Source: Phycisphaerae bacterium (GTDB lineage Bacteria > Planctomycetota > Phycisphaerae > UBA1845 > Fen-1342). Taken from it: 64,000 nucleotides of DNA. The notes below the pieces were generated by a model. The model saw only the letters and a program-made list of their open reading frames with translations, did not search any database and had not been told where the DNA came from. The translations under genes were made by a program, and so were the position numbers. The stretch's first letter is position 1. Every line of letters starts with the position of its first letter. The stretch is from contig CAXXWX010000015.1 of assembly GCA_963675745.2 (NCBI GenBank), positions 160,001 to 224,000 of the forward strand. The letters are read 5' to 3'. Positions 9,649 to 19,811 of the stretch are shown here, in pieces.

Positions 9649-12165
9649 TCATGGCGCCGGCGTCGACTGGGCGTCCAACTCGCGGCGTAGTTCGGCGACC
9701 AACGCCTCCCCTTCGGCATCGCCGGGAGTCGCCAGGTAGCGTGCCAGCAGACGCTCCGCCCTGGCGGGAACGCCCGCATCGAGCCAGATCGCCGCACTCA
9801 GGACGAGCGCCTCGGCGGGCAATTGCCCCTGGTCGGTGAGTCGCTCGAGAGTGCCGGCGGCGCGGCGCGCCGCATCTTCTTGCGGGATCGGCCGGCCATC
9901 CCGCGCTTTGCGGGCCGTAACAAACGCCTCGCGCAGCTTGCCGTCGCGCAGCAACAACAGGCCCTGCGCGTAGCACGCCAACGGGTTGTCAGGTTCCTCG
10001 GCCAGCAACGTGGTCACGGAATATGCGGCGCCCGAATCTCCGGCGCACGCCGCCGACCACACCAGAAACGACCAGAAGACGCGATCTTCACCCGAGGCGC
10101 GGTATGCATCGGCCCAAACACGCGTCGCCTCGTCATAACGCCCCTGATGGGCCAGCGCTTCGTGCAGGCCGCGCAGCGCGCGGTAGTTGACCGGGTCAGT
10201 GACGATGATCGCCGCGTAGACCTGTTCGGCCTCGGGCCACTTGTGGCTGCGCAGGTGATACTCACCGAGGACGAATGCGGCTTCGACGCCACCGTCGCCG
10301 CGCGCGAGCACCTCGTGAATAATGCGCTCTCCCTCTCCGCCCGAGCCGCCGCGGATTTCGGCGAGCGCGAGGTCAATCAAGAGCGTGCGCCGCGCGGCAC
10401 CGGTGATCCGCGGGTCGTCGCGTGCCTCACGAAGCCGGGGGATGGCGTCGGCGGCGCGTCCGAGTTGCCGCAGGAGGAGGTTGCCGTGCTCCGCGAGGCG
10501 CGCCCCCCGATATGCGGCGTCCGGCGCCGTGTTCCTTTCCAGCCACTCATATGCAATCAGCGCCTCTGACCACTGTCCCACACCACGCCGCGCATGCGCG
10601 AGGCTGGTCCAGGAGGCGGGATTGTCCTGGTCGATCGCCACCGCCTGCTCGGCGCAGGCCAATGCGCGTTGTGGCCGGCCATACAGGCCATAGCGGAACG
10701 CCGCCCGCCGGTAGAACGCCGCCCGCGCGCCACTGTCGCCGAAGGCGTCCGGATTGGCGGCCACGATATCGACGGTCCGATCCTGGGCGTTGCAGGCACG
10801 CTCCAGGAGTGTCTTTGTGTCCAGCCGGCGTGACTCGAACGTGTCGCTGACGGCGGCCCGCTGGTAGGCCAACGTCAACATCTCCCAGGCCGCGGCGTCA
10901 TGCGGGCGCACTTCAACCAGTCGATTCGCGCGGTTGACGGCCGTCCGCGATGCTTCACAGAGTCCGCGGTTGCCCGGTACCAGGCCCAGGGCGAGCGCAA
11001 GCGCAACCATGCCTGGGATAATCCACCGGCGCCGCGGGCCATGGGTCAGCCAGAGATCGGCAAGACCGGCGACGGCGATGAAAAGGCCGATCAACGGAAG
11101 ATACGAATCACGGTTCGTCAGCAGTGTGTCGTCCGGCGTGTCTATCCAAAGCACCGGCAGCAACAGAAGCCAGAACCAGGTTATGCCGATGCCAATCAGG
11201 CGCGTCGCTGAATGGCGGAGTGTCAGCACCGCGATCATGACACTGACGCCAAGCGCTGCCAGCGTCGTGCCGATCTGCCACAAAGGTACAGGGGCTGTGA
11301 TGGGATAAGCGGGCGCGACGCGCAGCGGCATGAGCGCGCATCGAACAGCAAGCCAGGTCGCTTCCCAGGGCACGTTACTGCGCAGATTGCCCCAGAGATC
11401 GTCCAGCAGAACGAGCGCGCCCGCCATACACACGATGGCCACGAGATAAATGTGCGCGGAGCGCAGCACACGCCGCATCCCGCGCGCCCGCCAATCAATC
11501 AGCGCAACCGGCACAACCCAAAGCATGAGCGGGGCACAAAGCGTGGCGAGCGCCAGTACCAGCAGAGCGAGCACCACATGACGCTGCCGGCCACCGGCCG
11601 CCGCTGACATGCAGGCTAGCAGGGAGAGGAGCGCCAGCAGTGTCGCGAGGAGCGGCGCACGGTTGGCATCCGCCGTATAGATCGGGACCAGTGCGGGATG
11701 CATCGCCCAGAGCAATGCCAGCGCGTAGGCGATCATCATACGCCCGGTGCCCCGGCGCGTCGGCTCGGATGGGGGCCGCAGCAGCACGTACAGCATCGCC
11801 CACACCAGCAGGGCGTTCAGTACGTGCAGGCACACATCCGTGTAACGGACCCAGGCGAGGCCCCCGCAGCCAAGCCCGGCCTGGAGCCCGTACGTGAGCA
11901 ACGGGATGGGGGCGCGACCGCTGGCTCCCAGTGCCGCGAGGCAATGGGCCAGGCGACCACCGGGTGAAGCGTCGGTGGCGGCGAGAAGCGGGTTGTCGGT
12001 AATCGAGGCTTGCTCGTTACCGGGCATTCCAGGGGCGTCGGCCAGAGGTTGTCCGCAGATGAAGACCAACGCGGCCAGCAGCATCGCCAGCCCCGCGACA
12101 GACAAACGCGTACGCCCACTTGTGCGGGACGGCGCGCGTGATAATGGCGGTGGAGTCGCAGGCAT
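9649..12165 (-). CDS. Multi-pass membrane protein with C-terminal TPRs (TMTC/GT-C glycosyltransferase-like)
   Basis: CLHVLNALLVW, ALLWAMHPALV, RDSYLPLIG motifs followed by TPR repeats. Confidence 0.75.
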   Translation of the reverse strand: MPATPPPLSRAPSRTSGRTRLSVAGLAMLLAALVFICGQPLADAPGMPGNEQASITDNPLLAATDASPGGRLAHCLAALGASGRAPIPLLTYGLQAGLGCGGLAWVRYTDVCLHVLNALLVWAMLYVLLRPPSEPTRRGTGRMMIAYALALLWAMHPALVPIYTADANRAPLLATLLALLSLLACMSAAAGGRQRHVVLALLVLALATLCAPLMLWVVPVALIDWRARGMRRVLRSAHIYLVAIVCMAGALVLLDDLWGNLRSNVPWEATWLAVRCALMPLRVAPAYPITAPVPLWQIGTTLAALGVSVMIAVLTLRHSATRLIGIGITWFWLLLLPVLWIDTPDDTLLTNRDSYLPLIGLFIAVAGLADLWLTHGPRRRWIIPGMVALALALGLVPGNRGLCEASRTAVNRANRLVEVRPHDAAAWEMLTLAYQRAAVSDTFESRRLDTKTLLERACNAQDRTVDIVAANPDAFGDSGARAAFYRRAAFRYGLYGRPQRALACAEQAVAIDQDNPASWTSLAHARRGVGQWSEALIAYEWLERNTAPDAAYRGARLAEHGNLLLRQLGRAADAIPRLREARDDPRITGAARRTLLIDLALAEIRGGSGGEGERIIHEVLARGDGGVEAAFVLGEYHLRSHKWPEAEQVYAAIIVTDPVNYRALRGLHEALAHQGRYDEATRVWADAYRASGEDRVFWSFLVWSAACAGDSGAAYSVTTLLAEEPDNPLACYAQGLLLLRDGKLREAFVTARKARDGRPIPQEDAARRAAGTLERLTDQGQLPAEALVLSAAIWLDAGVPARAERLLARYLATPGDAEGEALVAELRRELDAQSTPAP

Positions 12166-12318
12166 GTCGGTTTGTTTCCCGCGCAGGCAATGTCGAGGGC
12201 GGCCACCGGGCCGCGCCCTTGGAGCAAGTTTAACACGGCGCGCGATACGAAGCGCCTGTGTGAACACGCGTTATCGCACGCGGGCGACCCGCGCCGGGCA
12301 GCCACGCGGGCGCGACGC

Positions 12319-12347
12319 TTGCTTGGAAACGCTTGAACACCTAGAAT
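12319..12347 (+). promoter_or_regulatory. Sigma-70-type promoter for HNH gene
   Basis: TTGCTT-N17-TAGAAT. Confidence 0.55.
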
Positions 12348-12390
12348 TGGTGAGAGGTTTGTTTGTAGTCTTCACACGCAGGTGGTTGGC

Positions 12391-13020
12391 ATGCACGCAG
12401 AATCGCCGGCCTTGTCAGCAAGCGTACTCGTCCTGAACCGCATGTACATGGCGGTGCGGGTCGTGTCCGCCCGCCGGGCGATGTCATTTCTGTTTCGCGA
12501 AATGGCGGAAGTTATCTCCGTCGAGAACGACCAGTACCTGTCCTACGATTTCAATGACTGGGTCGAGGTCAGCGAAGCCAAGCGGGCATTTGAGCCGGAG
12601 CGCCACGATTGGATCCGCACGATTCGCTTTCAGGTGGCCGTACCCAAGATTGTGCGGCTGTTGGGCTATGACAAGCTGCCCAAGTCGAACGTCAAGTTGA
12701 ACCGGCGCAACATCTTCGCACGCGACGAGGGACGCTGCCAGTATTGCGGCAAGCGCTACGCCACCAGTGAATTGAGCCTCGATCACGTGTTGCCACGCTC
12801 ACAGGGCGGGGGAACGTCGTGGGAGAACATCGTCTGCGCCTGCGTGTACTGCAACGTGCGCAAGGGCGGCCGCACGCCACAGCAAGCCCGCATGCGGCTG
12901 ATCCGCCCGGCACGGCGCCCGCGGCGTTCACCGATCCTGGCGATCAAGCTGTCAGACCAGAAATACGCGAGCTGGAAGCAGTTCCTCGACTATGCGTACT
13001 GGAACGTCGAACTGAAGTGA
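12391..13020 (+). CDS. HNH endonuclease (McrA-like)
   Basis: VLVLN; RRNIFARDEGRCQYCG...SLDHVLPRSQGGGTSWENIVCACVYCNVRKGGRTP. Confidence 0.93.
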   Translation: MHAESPALSASVLVLNRMYMAVRVVSARRAMSFLFREMAEVISVENDQYLSYDFNDWVEVSEAKRAFEPERHDWIRTIRFQVAVPKIVRLLGYDKLPKSNVKLNRRNIFARDEGRCQYCGKRYATSELSLDHVLPRSQGGGTSWENIVCACVYCNVRKGGRTPQQARMRLIRPARRPRRSPILAIKLSDQKYASWKQFLDYAYWNVELK

Positions 13021-13137
13021 CGCAGTTGACAGCGCCGGGGCTCGCGGCATACCCTGCTCGCACGTTTGATGGTCCGTTTGGTACTGTATGACAGCGTCGG
13101 GTTCGCGCTGGTGATCCGGTCGCGGGTGGAGTTGGAC

Positions 13138-13476
13138 ATGCCTGTCGAGCAATGGTCCGAGACAATCATTCTGGGCGAGTTGCAGGACGATCCGCAGTTT
13201 ACGGATGACATCACCCAGGTCACCGAGCAATGCACGGCGAACCCCGGCATGGACGTGCTGCTGAGCTTTGGCGCGGTGGCTCATCTCAACTCATCAAGCC
13301 TGGCCAAGCTGCTCAAGCTGCGCAAGCTGGTGACAATCACGAACCAGCGCCAGTTGAAACTCTGCAACGTCAACGCGCACGTCTGGGGCGTCTTTCTGGT
13401 CACGGGCCTCGATCGCATCTTTGATGTTTCCGAAGATGTGCCCACCGGGTTGGCCGCTCTCCAGATGCAGGCCTGA
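13138..13476 (+). CDS. STAS-domain anti-sigma factor antagonist
   Basis: VLLSFGAVAHLNSSSLAKLLKL...LKLCNVNAHVWGVFLVTGLDRIF. Confidence 0.88.
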   Translation: MPVEQWSETIILGELQDDPQFTDDITQVTEQCTANPGMDVLLSFGAVAHLNSSSLAKLLKLRKLVTITNQRQLKLCNVNAHVWGVFLVTGLDRIFDVSEDVPTGLAALQMQA

Positions 13477-13593
13477 GACACTTCTCCCATCGCCACCCAA
13501 CACGCGCACGCGCTGCGCTATCCGCGTTGCGCGCATGGGCGGTCCGCACCGGCCGCAATGTGGGAACCGAGAACGCTCCGGGCCAACGCCGTA

Positions 13594-14481
13594 TCACGCG
13601 CCGGGTGTGTCCTCGGCGTCCGTCTCGACTGCTGGTGCGATGGGTGACGTCGTCCCGGGCGCCGGAGCGGGGGCGCTGTGCCGGCGCAGCAGCGGCGTGA
13701 TAATCCTGGCGACGAAGCGGGTGGCAACGCTGTCCGTGTGCCACCCGCGGTATCCCAAGCGGCCATACGCCCGGCGCCACGGCATGTTGCGCAAACGAGC
13801 GGCGTAGAGCGCATGGCTCTCCTTGTAGACGCCGGTCGGCACCACCAGTCCGTATAGCCCGGCCACGCCTCCGCCGTCGAATTCGCGATCGACTGAGCCG
13901 GTGAGCGGCACGAACGAGCGCAAAATCGGGTCGCTGGTCGAGTAGAAATTCCAGAGCTGGCCGTCAAGGCGTTCGAGCACGCCGGACAGGTCGTAGTCGC
14001 GTGAGAGACTGCTACCCAGGAACACGACGTGGTTGATGCGGTAGTTGTCCGGCAGACTGTCGACGGCCCAGGCGATGATCCCGGTTCCGGCGGACAGACC
14101 GATCAGACACACTGGCCGATCAGGGTACTCGTCGAGGTATGCGCGTATCTTGTTGGCAAGCCGTGCCGCTTCCTTCTTGTTGCGCGCGACGTCCACCTGG
14201 TCGCGCAGCGTGCCTCCCAGGACGCTCTGCCAGCCGAAGACCTCGATGGCGCCATCGTAGCCCCCCTTGCGCAGCCCGCGGGGAACGGAGGTCGTGCCCA
14301 CCGGACCGAACGGCCCGGCGCCGCCGACGTAAAAGGTCTTGCCGCATTCGGCTCCGCGCGGATCGCTGCCGGCCCGCGCGACCAGCCGGCAGCCGGACGT
14401 TGTGCCGCAGAGCACGACAATGAGCAGAGCGATGGTCAGGGCGAGCCGAATGCGTGTCCGGCCGGCGACCTGCGCTGGCAT
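13594..14481 (-). CDS. Alpha/beta-hydrolase fold lipoprotein
   Basis: Lipobox-like TSGC; nucleophile elbow LIGLSAG; NFYSTSDPIL; GWH. Confidence 0.8.
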   Translation of the reverse strand: MPAQVAGRTRIRLALTIALLIVVLCGTTSGCRLVARAGSDPRGAECGKTFYVGGAGPFGPVGTTSVPRGLRKGGYDGAIEVFGWQSVLGGTLRDQVDVARNKKEAARLANKIRAYLDEYPDRPVCLIGLSAGTGIIAWAVDSLPDNYRINHVVFLGSSLSRDYDLSGVLERLDGQLWNFYSTSDPILRSFVPLTGSVDREFDGGGVAGLYGLVVPTGVYKESHALYAARLRNMPWRRAYGRLGYRGWHTDSVATRFVARIITPLLRRHSAPAPAPGTTSPIAPAVETDAEDTPGA

Positions 14482-14555
14482 GAAACCCTCCTGTCGAACC
14501 GGCGGCCCCACCGACAAGGCACGAGCGGCGCTGCGTGGGGAGCAACGCGCCGGGC

Positions 14556-14957
14556 CTATTGCGCGACGTCGTTCAGCACATGATCTTCGACATAAATGGG
14601 CACGCCGCCCTCGCCGGCGACGCCGAGGGCGATCGCGTCCGACGGTCGACTGTCCACCTCGACGATGCCGCCTTGATGTCGAATGACCAGTTTTGCGTAG
14701 AAGGTGCTGTCGTGCAGATCGTTGATTACGATTTTCTCGAGATCGGCGCCCAACTGCCCGATGGTGTTGGCCAACAGGTCGTGCGTCATTGGGCGCGAGA
14801 GGCGCATGCCTTTGACGCGCCGATCGATGGCGAGAGCCTCGGTCAGGCCAATGACGATTGGCAGGGTGCGCGAACCGGTCCGCTCACGCAGGATGATCAG
14901 TTGGTGATCGCGCGTTTCCGAGATCACGATCGTTGCTAAGTCCATTCGGACTTCCAT
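14556..14957 (-). CDS. Bifunctional nuclease family protein (DUF151)
   Basis: RTLPIVIGLTEA, RPMTHDL, DSRPSDAIAL. Confidence 0.93.
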   Translation of the reverse strand: MEVRMDLATIVISETRDHQLIILRERTGSRTLPIVIGLTEALAIDRRVKGMRLSRPMTHDLLANTIGQLGADLEKIVINDLHDSTFYAKLVIRHQGGIVEVDSRPSDAIALGVAGEGGVPIYVEDHVLNDVAQ

Positions 14958-15139
14958 GGTTACCTCGCATTGTAATCACATGAGGCTATCCGGTGGCTGC
15001 CGCTCGTGCAAGGCTCGTGAAGGCACACGAAGCCGCCGGGCGTGACCGTTTCGAGTCACGGATGCCCACAAGACACAATCCGCATCGGCGTAAATCGAAG
15101 TTCGCGGCCTGTGGGTGCCGCTAACTCGCGCCCGGCGGC

Positions 15140-16924
15140 CTAGTTGTTGAGGAAGAGTCCGGGACCAAGCTCGGCGGCGCTGGCCAGGGCTGCGAGGGCC
15201 GGAGGCACCAGTTGGTCAGAACGGTTCGCGGCCGAGGGTGACGGGTCGCGCGCCGGCGGAACAGCCGCTGTCCCCAACCACCAGGGCAACTCAAAGCGGA
15301 GTCCGCTCATCAATCTGCCGCGGGGCTGGCTGTCAGATGTGTCACGCAGCTCTTCAGCGCACTGGGCGAAGCGATCCTGCTGTGCGAGGAACGCGTCGAC
15401 GATTCGCGAGTCAAACTGCCGATCACGCCCCGCCACGATGATATCCACGGCGGCGGCGTGCTCGAGGGAGTCTTTGTAGGGTCGCGCCGATCGGAGCGCA
15501 TCATACACGTCGGCGAGCGCAACAATGCGCGCCGCCAACGGGATCTGGTCGCCGCGCAGCCTCTCAGGATAACCCGTGCCATCGACGCGTTCGTGATGAT
15601 AGCGTGCGATGTCTTCCGCCATCTGGAGCATGTCAGATTCAGGCAAATCCGCCTGTGCGGCGCGCAGCGTGTCAGCGCCGATGATGGTATGGGTCTGCAT
15701 GACGCTCCGCTCGACAGCTTCGAGCGGTCCGGGCTTGAAAAGGATGGTATCGGGGATGCCGACCTTGCCGATGTCGTGCAACGCCGTGGTCCGCAGCAGA
15801 TTCTGGATGAAGTTGTCATTGATTACCGCGCCCAGGTCGCGGCGTTCGCGCAGCTTTTCGGCAAGCAGGCGCGCATAGGTTGTCACGCGGTCGATGTGGC
15901 GCCCGGTGTCGTCGTCACGCCGTTCCGTGAGCATGACCAGTGCCCTGACGAGAGTGTCGCGCGTCTGGTCGGCCCATGAGCGGGACATGACATGCTGGAT
16001 GGCCGACGCGGTCCGCATGCTCAACAACTCGAGGAATCGCAGGTCGCGCTCGCTGAAACGCGGTGTCGACGATGATGCGCGAGCGTACAACACTCCCAGG
16101 CAGTCCGGCTGCCCACCGCTGGCCGCGACGACCAGTGGAACATAGGCGGCCTGGGCATCGGCGGTGCCACCGGCATGCGCTTGGTCCCGCTCGTCGGCCA
16201 GCATCAGCACCCCGGTGCGGGCCACCTGAAAGGCGGTTTGATTGCACGCCGCAATGTGCGCCCCCCGCTGTCCGAACCGTTCACCGATGGTGGCGGCGAC
16301 CACCAGCTCCTCAACCGCACGGGGCTTGAGCAGGATCGCGGCCTGCACGCTGGCTGTCAGCCCGGTAGTGGCGCTGACGGCGTGTTCAAAGACGGTGTCG
16401 AGACCGGCGGCGGAATCCACCGCCGCGCATGTATCAACGAAGACCAGCAAGGCCTGGGCGAGTTCGGCCCGATGGTCGCTGGTCTGCTGCGCTGTCCGCC
16501 GGGCGCGCAACACACCGCGCAGCGATTGGACGCGCGTGCGCAGCTCGTACGGCGTCAGCGGATATGCCGCCACCTGGTCGGCCCCCGCACTGAGGGCCAC
16601 TTCGGCCCGGCCCCAGTCTTCCGCACGCTGTACCAGCAGGATCGCGACCTCCGCCGCGTAGAGATTCAGACGCAGCCGATGCATCAGCGCCTCGGCGTCC
16701 GCGTCAGGCAGCTCGGCGTCGGCCACAATGATGTCGGGCGTGTCATGCGACAGCAGCCGCATTGCCTCGGCGGCGCTCGCTGCCGCCAGCGTGCGATAGC
16801 CATCACGGTCGAGCGTGGCGCGCGCGAGCGCGCGCTGGTCGGCGTCGTTGCAGATCAACAACACCGTACACCACTCGACGTCCGTCGACGCGGCGATGAG
16901 CCCGGTTGGCCATGGCGTCTGCAT
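15140..16924 (-). CDS. HD-GYP phosphodiesterase with degenerate REC and GAF domains
   Basis: HDIGKVGIPDTILFKPG, HHERVDGTGYP, ADVYDAL...RPYK; start uncertain. Confidence 0.9.
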   Translation of the reverse strand: MQTPWPTGLIAASTDVEWCTVLLICNDADQRALARATLDRDGYRTLAAASAAEAMRLLSHDTPDIIVADAELPDADAEALMHRLRLNLYAAEVAILLVQRAEDWGRAEVALSAGADQVAAYPLTPYELRTRVQSLRGVLRARRTAQQTSDHRAELAQALLVFVDTCAAVDSAAGLDTVFEHAVSATTGLTASVQAAILLKPRAVEELVVAATIGERFGQRGAHIAACNQTAFQVARTGVLMLADERDQAHAGGTADAQAAYVPLVVAASGGQPDCLGVLYARASSSTPRFSERDLRFLELLSMRTASAIQHVMSRSWADQTRDTLVRALVMLTERRDDDTGRHIDRVTTYARLLAEKLRERRDLGAVINDNFIQNLLRTTALHDIGKVGIPDTILFKPGPLEAVERSVMQTHTIIGADTLRAAQADLPESDMLQMAEDIARYHHERVDGTGYPERLRGDQIPLAARIVALADVYDALRSARPYKDSLEHAAAVDIIVAGRDRQFDSRIVDAFLAQQDRFAQCAEELRDTSDSQPRGRLMSGLRFELPWWLGTAAVPPARDPSPSAANRSDQLVPPALAALASAAELGPGLFLNN

Positions 16925-17486
16925 TCTGCGACCCTGGTTCGAGACGGTCGGCGGATTACCGATCCGCGCGGTCGCACCCACCGCCCCCCGGTATCTGGCT
17001 CTGCTGGGCGCTGGGATTAGCCGCGCCATACCGCGGCGCGGCACTCGCTGAATCGACAGAATCGCGGGGCGGCTCTAACTGTGTGGTCATGGGCAACGGC
17101 CGGCGTGCGCCACCTCGCCTGATAACGCCGGCGCGCGACAAAACAGGGGCTGCCCCCGCTGTGCAGCCGCCGGGTCGCATCACGTTCTCAGTGAAGTCGG
17201 ACACACGAAACATCGCAGGCGGGCACGCCCGCTAAGAGCGTGTGCTTCGACCGCCCATCGCCCAATCGTGTGGTCGCGCGAGGCTTGTCGGCCAGGGCAG
17301 GGTTTGATCGCCACGAGCCTGGCAGCGGGAGCCGGGACGGTTGCCCGGGCAGTGTTCGTCAGGCACCCGCCCCATGCGCGGGGCGCCGGTGCCCGGTAAT
17401 CCGCGCGTCAGGTGTTTCGGGGCGGGTCCGCGCCAGGTCCGGATTCAGCGGCCAGGCTCCCGATAAGCACAGACGCAGATAGACGA

Positions 17487-17519
17487 TCGCGGGGCCGACC
17501 GTAAAGGTCCGCCCCGCGA
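17487..17519 (-). terminator. Hairpin downstream of sppA
   Basis: TCGCGGGGC...GCCCCGCGA stem 30 bp after the stop codon. Confidence 0.45.
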
Positions 17520-17549
17520 GCGAAAATGTGCGTTGCCTGCAACCGACGG

Positions 17550-19382
17550 TTAGCGCACCTTGCCTGAGAATGGCAGGAAGCAGCCGACGTGTTCGCGCTG
17601 GATGATCATCATGTTCCGCCAGCCGTGCAGGAGTGAATCCACCCGGTCGCCCGCCAACTCCTTCAGCACCGGGAGCATCGCCCGCAGCATGGGGTCAGTT
17701 GTGGCCAGCGGGCGCATGCTGATCTCGAACTCGTCTTCGGTGTCCTCGTCAAAGAGCGTCATGAGCACGTCCATGAAGTCCTTCTCGCGTGGGAGCACAT
17801 GGATCGCGGGGTCGGCCAGCCCCGATCTCTCGGTCGCATAGGCGATAGCGTCGCTGAGCCCGCCGATCTTGTCGATCAGCCCGATCTCGAGTGCCTGTGT
17901 GCCGGTGTACACGCGGCCGCCGGCGAGCTTTTCGAGATCCCCCTTGATGCGCTCGCCACGGGACTCCATGACACGGCCCTTGAACGCCGCGTATATGTCG
18001 TCCAGCCACTGCTGCATGCGCACGCGTTCTTCGTCAGAGAACTTGTGGTTCATGCTGAACAGGGCGGCATTTTTGCCGCGCGTGAACTCGGTCGTCGTAA
18101 TGCCGATCTTCTCTTCCCAAAGCTGATTCCAGACCAGCTTTCCGCCGAATACGCCGATGGATCCCGTTATCGTCGTAGGCTGGGCGAAGATGACCTCTCC
18201 AGGGATGGCCACGTAGTATCCGCCGCTGGCGGCGACATTTCCCATGCTGACAATCAGCGGCTTCGATTCGCCGATCCGGGTGGCGGCGTCCCACATGATG
18301 TCACTGGCCAGGACCGACCCGCCCGGCGAGTTCACACGGATTACCACCGCCTTGATGTTGTCATCCTCGAGTGCCTCGGTGAGGGCGGCGCGAAGACTCG
18401 TGCTGCCGGCGGTCTGGCCGGACATGAACCCGCCCTGGCTCTTGCCCACCATAATGGCGCCTTCGATGTAGATCAGACCGATGCCCGGCTCAGGTTCCTC
18501 CTGGGCTTTCTCCATCAGATCCTGGAAAAGCTGGAAGATGGCAAACGGGTTCTCAAAGTCGACATCCAGGCCATCACTCTCGTCGAAGCTCTTGATGACC
18601 TTGACGTCGCTGCCGTACTCCTTCTTGATCAGGCGGCGAAACGCGGGGAAGCCGGAAACCTCGTCGACGAGCTTCAACTCGAGTGCCTTTTCGGATGTCA
18701 GCGGCGCGGCATCGATTGCCGCTGTGATTTCATCGGCCGTCAGACCGCGACCCTCGGCAAACATACGCACAAGCTGCTCGAACAGGCCGTCGAGGAGCCG
18801 GTTCATCTGTTCGGCGGCGTACTTGGTGGGTTCGGTGCGCGTATAGGGCTCGACCGCACTCTTGTAGTCGCCACAGTGCAGGATGTCCGCCTCAACGCCG
18901 ATCTTGTCAAACATGCCCTTGTAGTAGCTGATTTCGGCGCCGATGCCGGTGATGTCCAGCGCGCTTTTCGGCGCGAGCGTGATGTGATCGGCAGCCGTGG
19001 CAAGTGCATAGGCGCCGTTGCCCGCGTGATCGAGATACGCGTGTACGGGTTTGCCGGCCTTGCGGAAGTCCAGAACCGCCTGGCGCAGGTCTTCGACCTG
19101 GGCGAGGCCGAACTGGGGGGAATCGATGATCAGCACCAGGCCGGCCACCTCATCGCTCTCCGCCGCCTCGTGGATCATGTCCACCCACTGATACAGCGTG
19201 CGCGCCTTCTCGCCGCCAAACAGCACGGCCAGCTCGGCGTCCTCGCTGGGGGCCTCATTCACCGATCCTGTGACCCAGAGGCGCAGCACTGTCTTTTCGG
19301 CGACAGCCGGCGCGCCGGCGTATATGCCGCACAGAATGACTGCCACCGACCAGGCGAGCTGTTTGCTGATACTGGCTTTCAT
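17550..19382 (-). CDS. sppA: Signal peptide peptidase SppA (protease IV, long form)
   Basis: GDYKSAVEP, RVNSPGGS, SMGNVAASGGYY, TITGSIGV; RBS CAGGAG. Confidence 0.93.
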   Translation of the reverse strand: MKASISKQLAWSVAVILCGIYAGAPAVAEKTVLRLWVTGSVNEAPSEDAELAVLFGGEKARTLYQWVDMIHEAAESDEVAGLVLIIDSPQFGLAQVEDLRQAVLDFRKAGKPVHAYLDHAGNGAYALATAADHITLAPKSALDITGIGAEISYYKGMFDKIGVEADILHCGDYKSAVEPYTRTEPTKYAAEQMNRLLDGLFEQLVRMFAEGRGLTADEITAAIDAAPLTSEKALELKLVDEVSGFPAFRRLIKKEYGSDVKVIKSFDESDGLDVDFENPFAIFQLFQDLMEKAQEEPEPGIGLIYIEGAIMVGKSQGGFMSGQTAGSTSLRAALTEALEDDNIKAVVIRVNSPGGSVLASDIMWDAATRIGESKPLIVSMGNVAASGGYYVAIPGEVIFAQPTTITGSIGVFGGKLVWNQLWEEKIGITTTEFTRGKNAALFSMNHKFSDEERVRMQQWLDDIYAAFKGRVMESRGERIKGDLEKLAGGRVYTGTQALEIGLIDKIGGLSDAIAYATERSGLADPAIHVLPREKDFMDVLMTLFDEDTEDEFEISMRPLATTDPMLRAMLPVLKELAGDRVDSLLHGWRNMMIIQREHVGCFLPFSGKVR

Positions 19383-19811
19383 GTCGTATCGCTCCTGTAT
19401 GTACACGTGCCCGAGGATGGGAAACTCTCAAGTGAATCTGCTGCGCACGGCCCGATGCTCGGGTCCCAACGTAACAACCGTGCGTATCGGGCGCAAGGCC
19501 GCCCCGCGCTGATGTATTCGCGGGAAGCACTGGAAAATGATGCTAACGCGACCTGAACGCATGTGAATTATAAACCCGTGCTTGTATCTATACTCGGCTG
19601 CGCGGCGACGGAAGCTGTCGCAAGTTGTATGGCGACATTCGCGGATGTATGGCACGCCGTTGCCGGCCGCGTCGCGCGTTCGGTCAATGGTCTTTCCCCG
19701 CGGTGGTGGTGCGCTCACTCCGTTGGCGGTAGATTGTGTGGAATTGTCGGCGATGCGACTGTCGCGGGGTGCGGTATTCGCAAGCCGGGTGACATTTCAA
19801 GGGAAGCTGCG

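Noticed and set aside
12391..13020. HNH gene as a defence system or homing endonuclease
   Set aside because: Solitary, widespread McrA-like form with host-like codon usage; no methylase or intron context
17270..17325. CAAACC...CAAGCC on the minus strand resembling a c-di-GMP-I riboswitch
   Set aside because: Lacks the GNRA-capped P2 stem and correct spacing
17431..17453. CCAGGTCCGGA...AGCGGCC resembling SRP RNA domain IV
   Set aside because: The UCC-GGAA-GGA hairpin and AGCAG motif are not present
17799..19556. Long antisense ORFs (this 585-aa one; also 48978..50510, 2362..3684, 62750..63658)
   Set aside because: Shadows opposite well-supported genes, expected in high-GC DNA; no motifs
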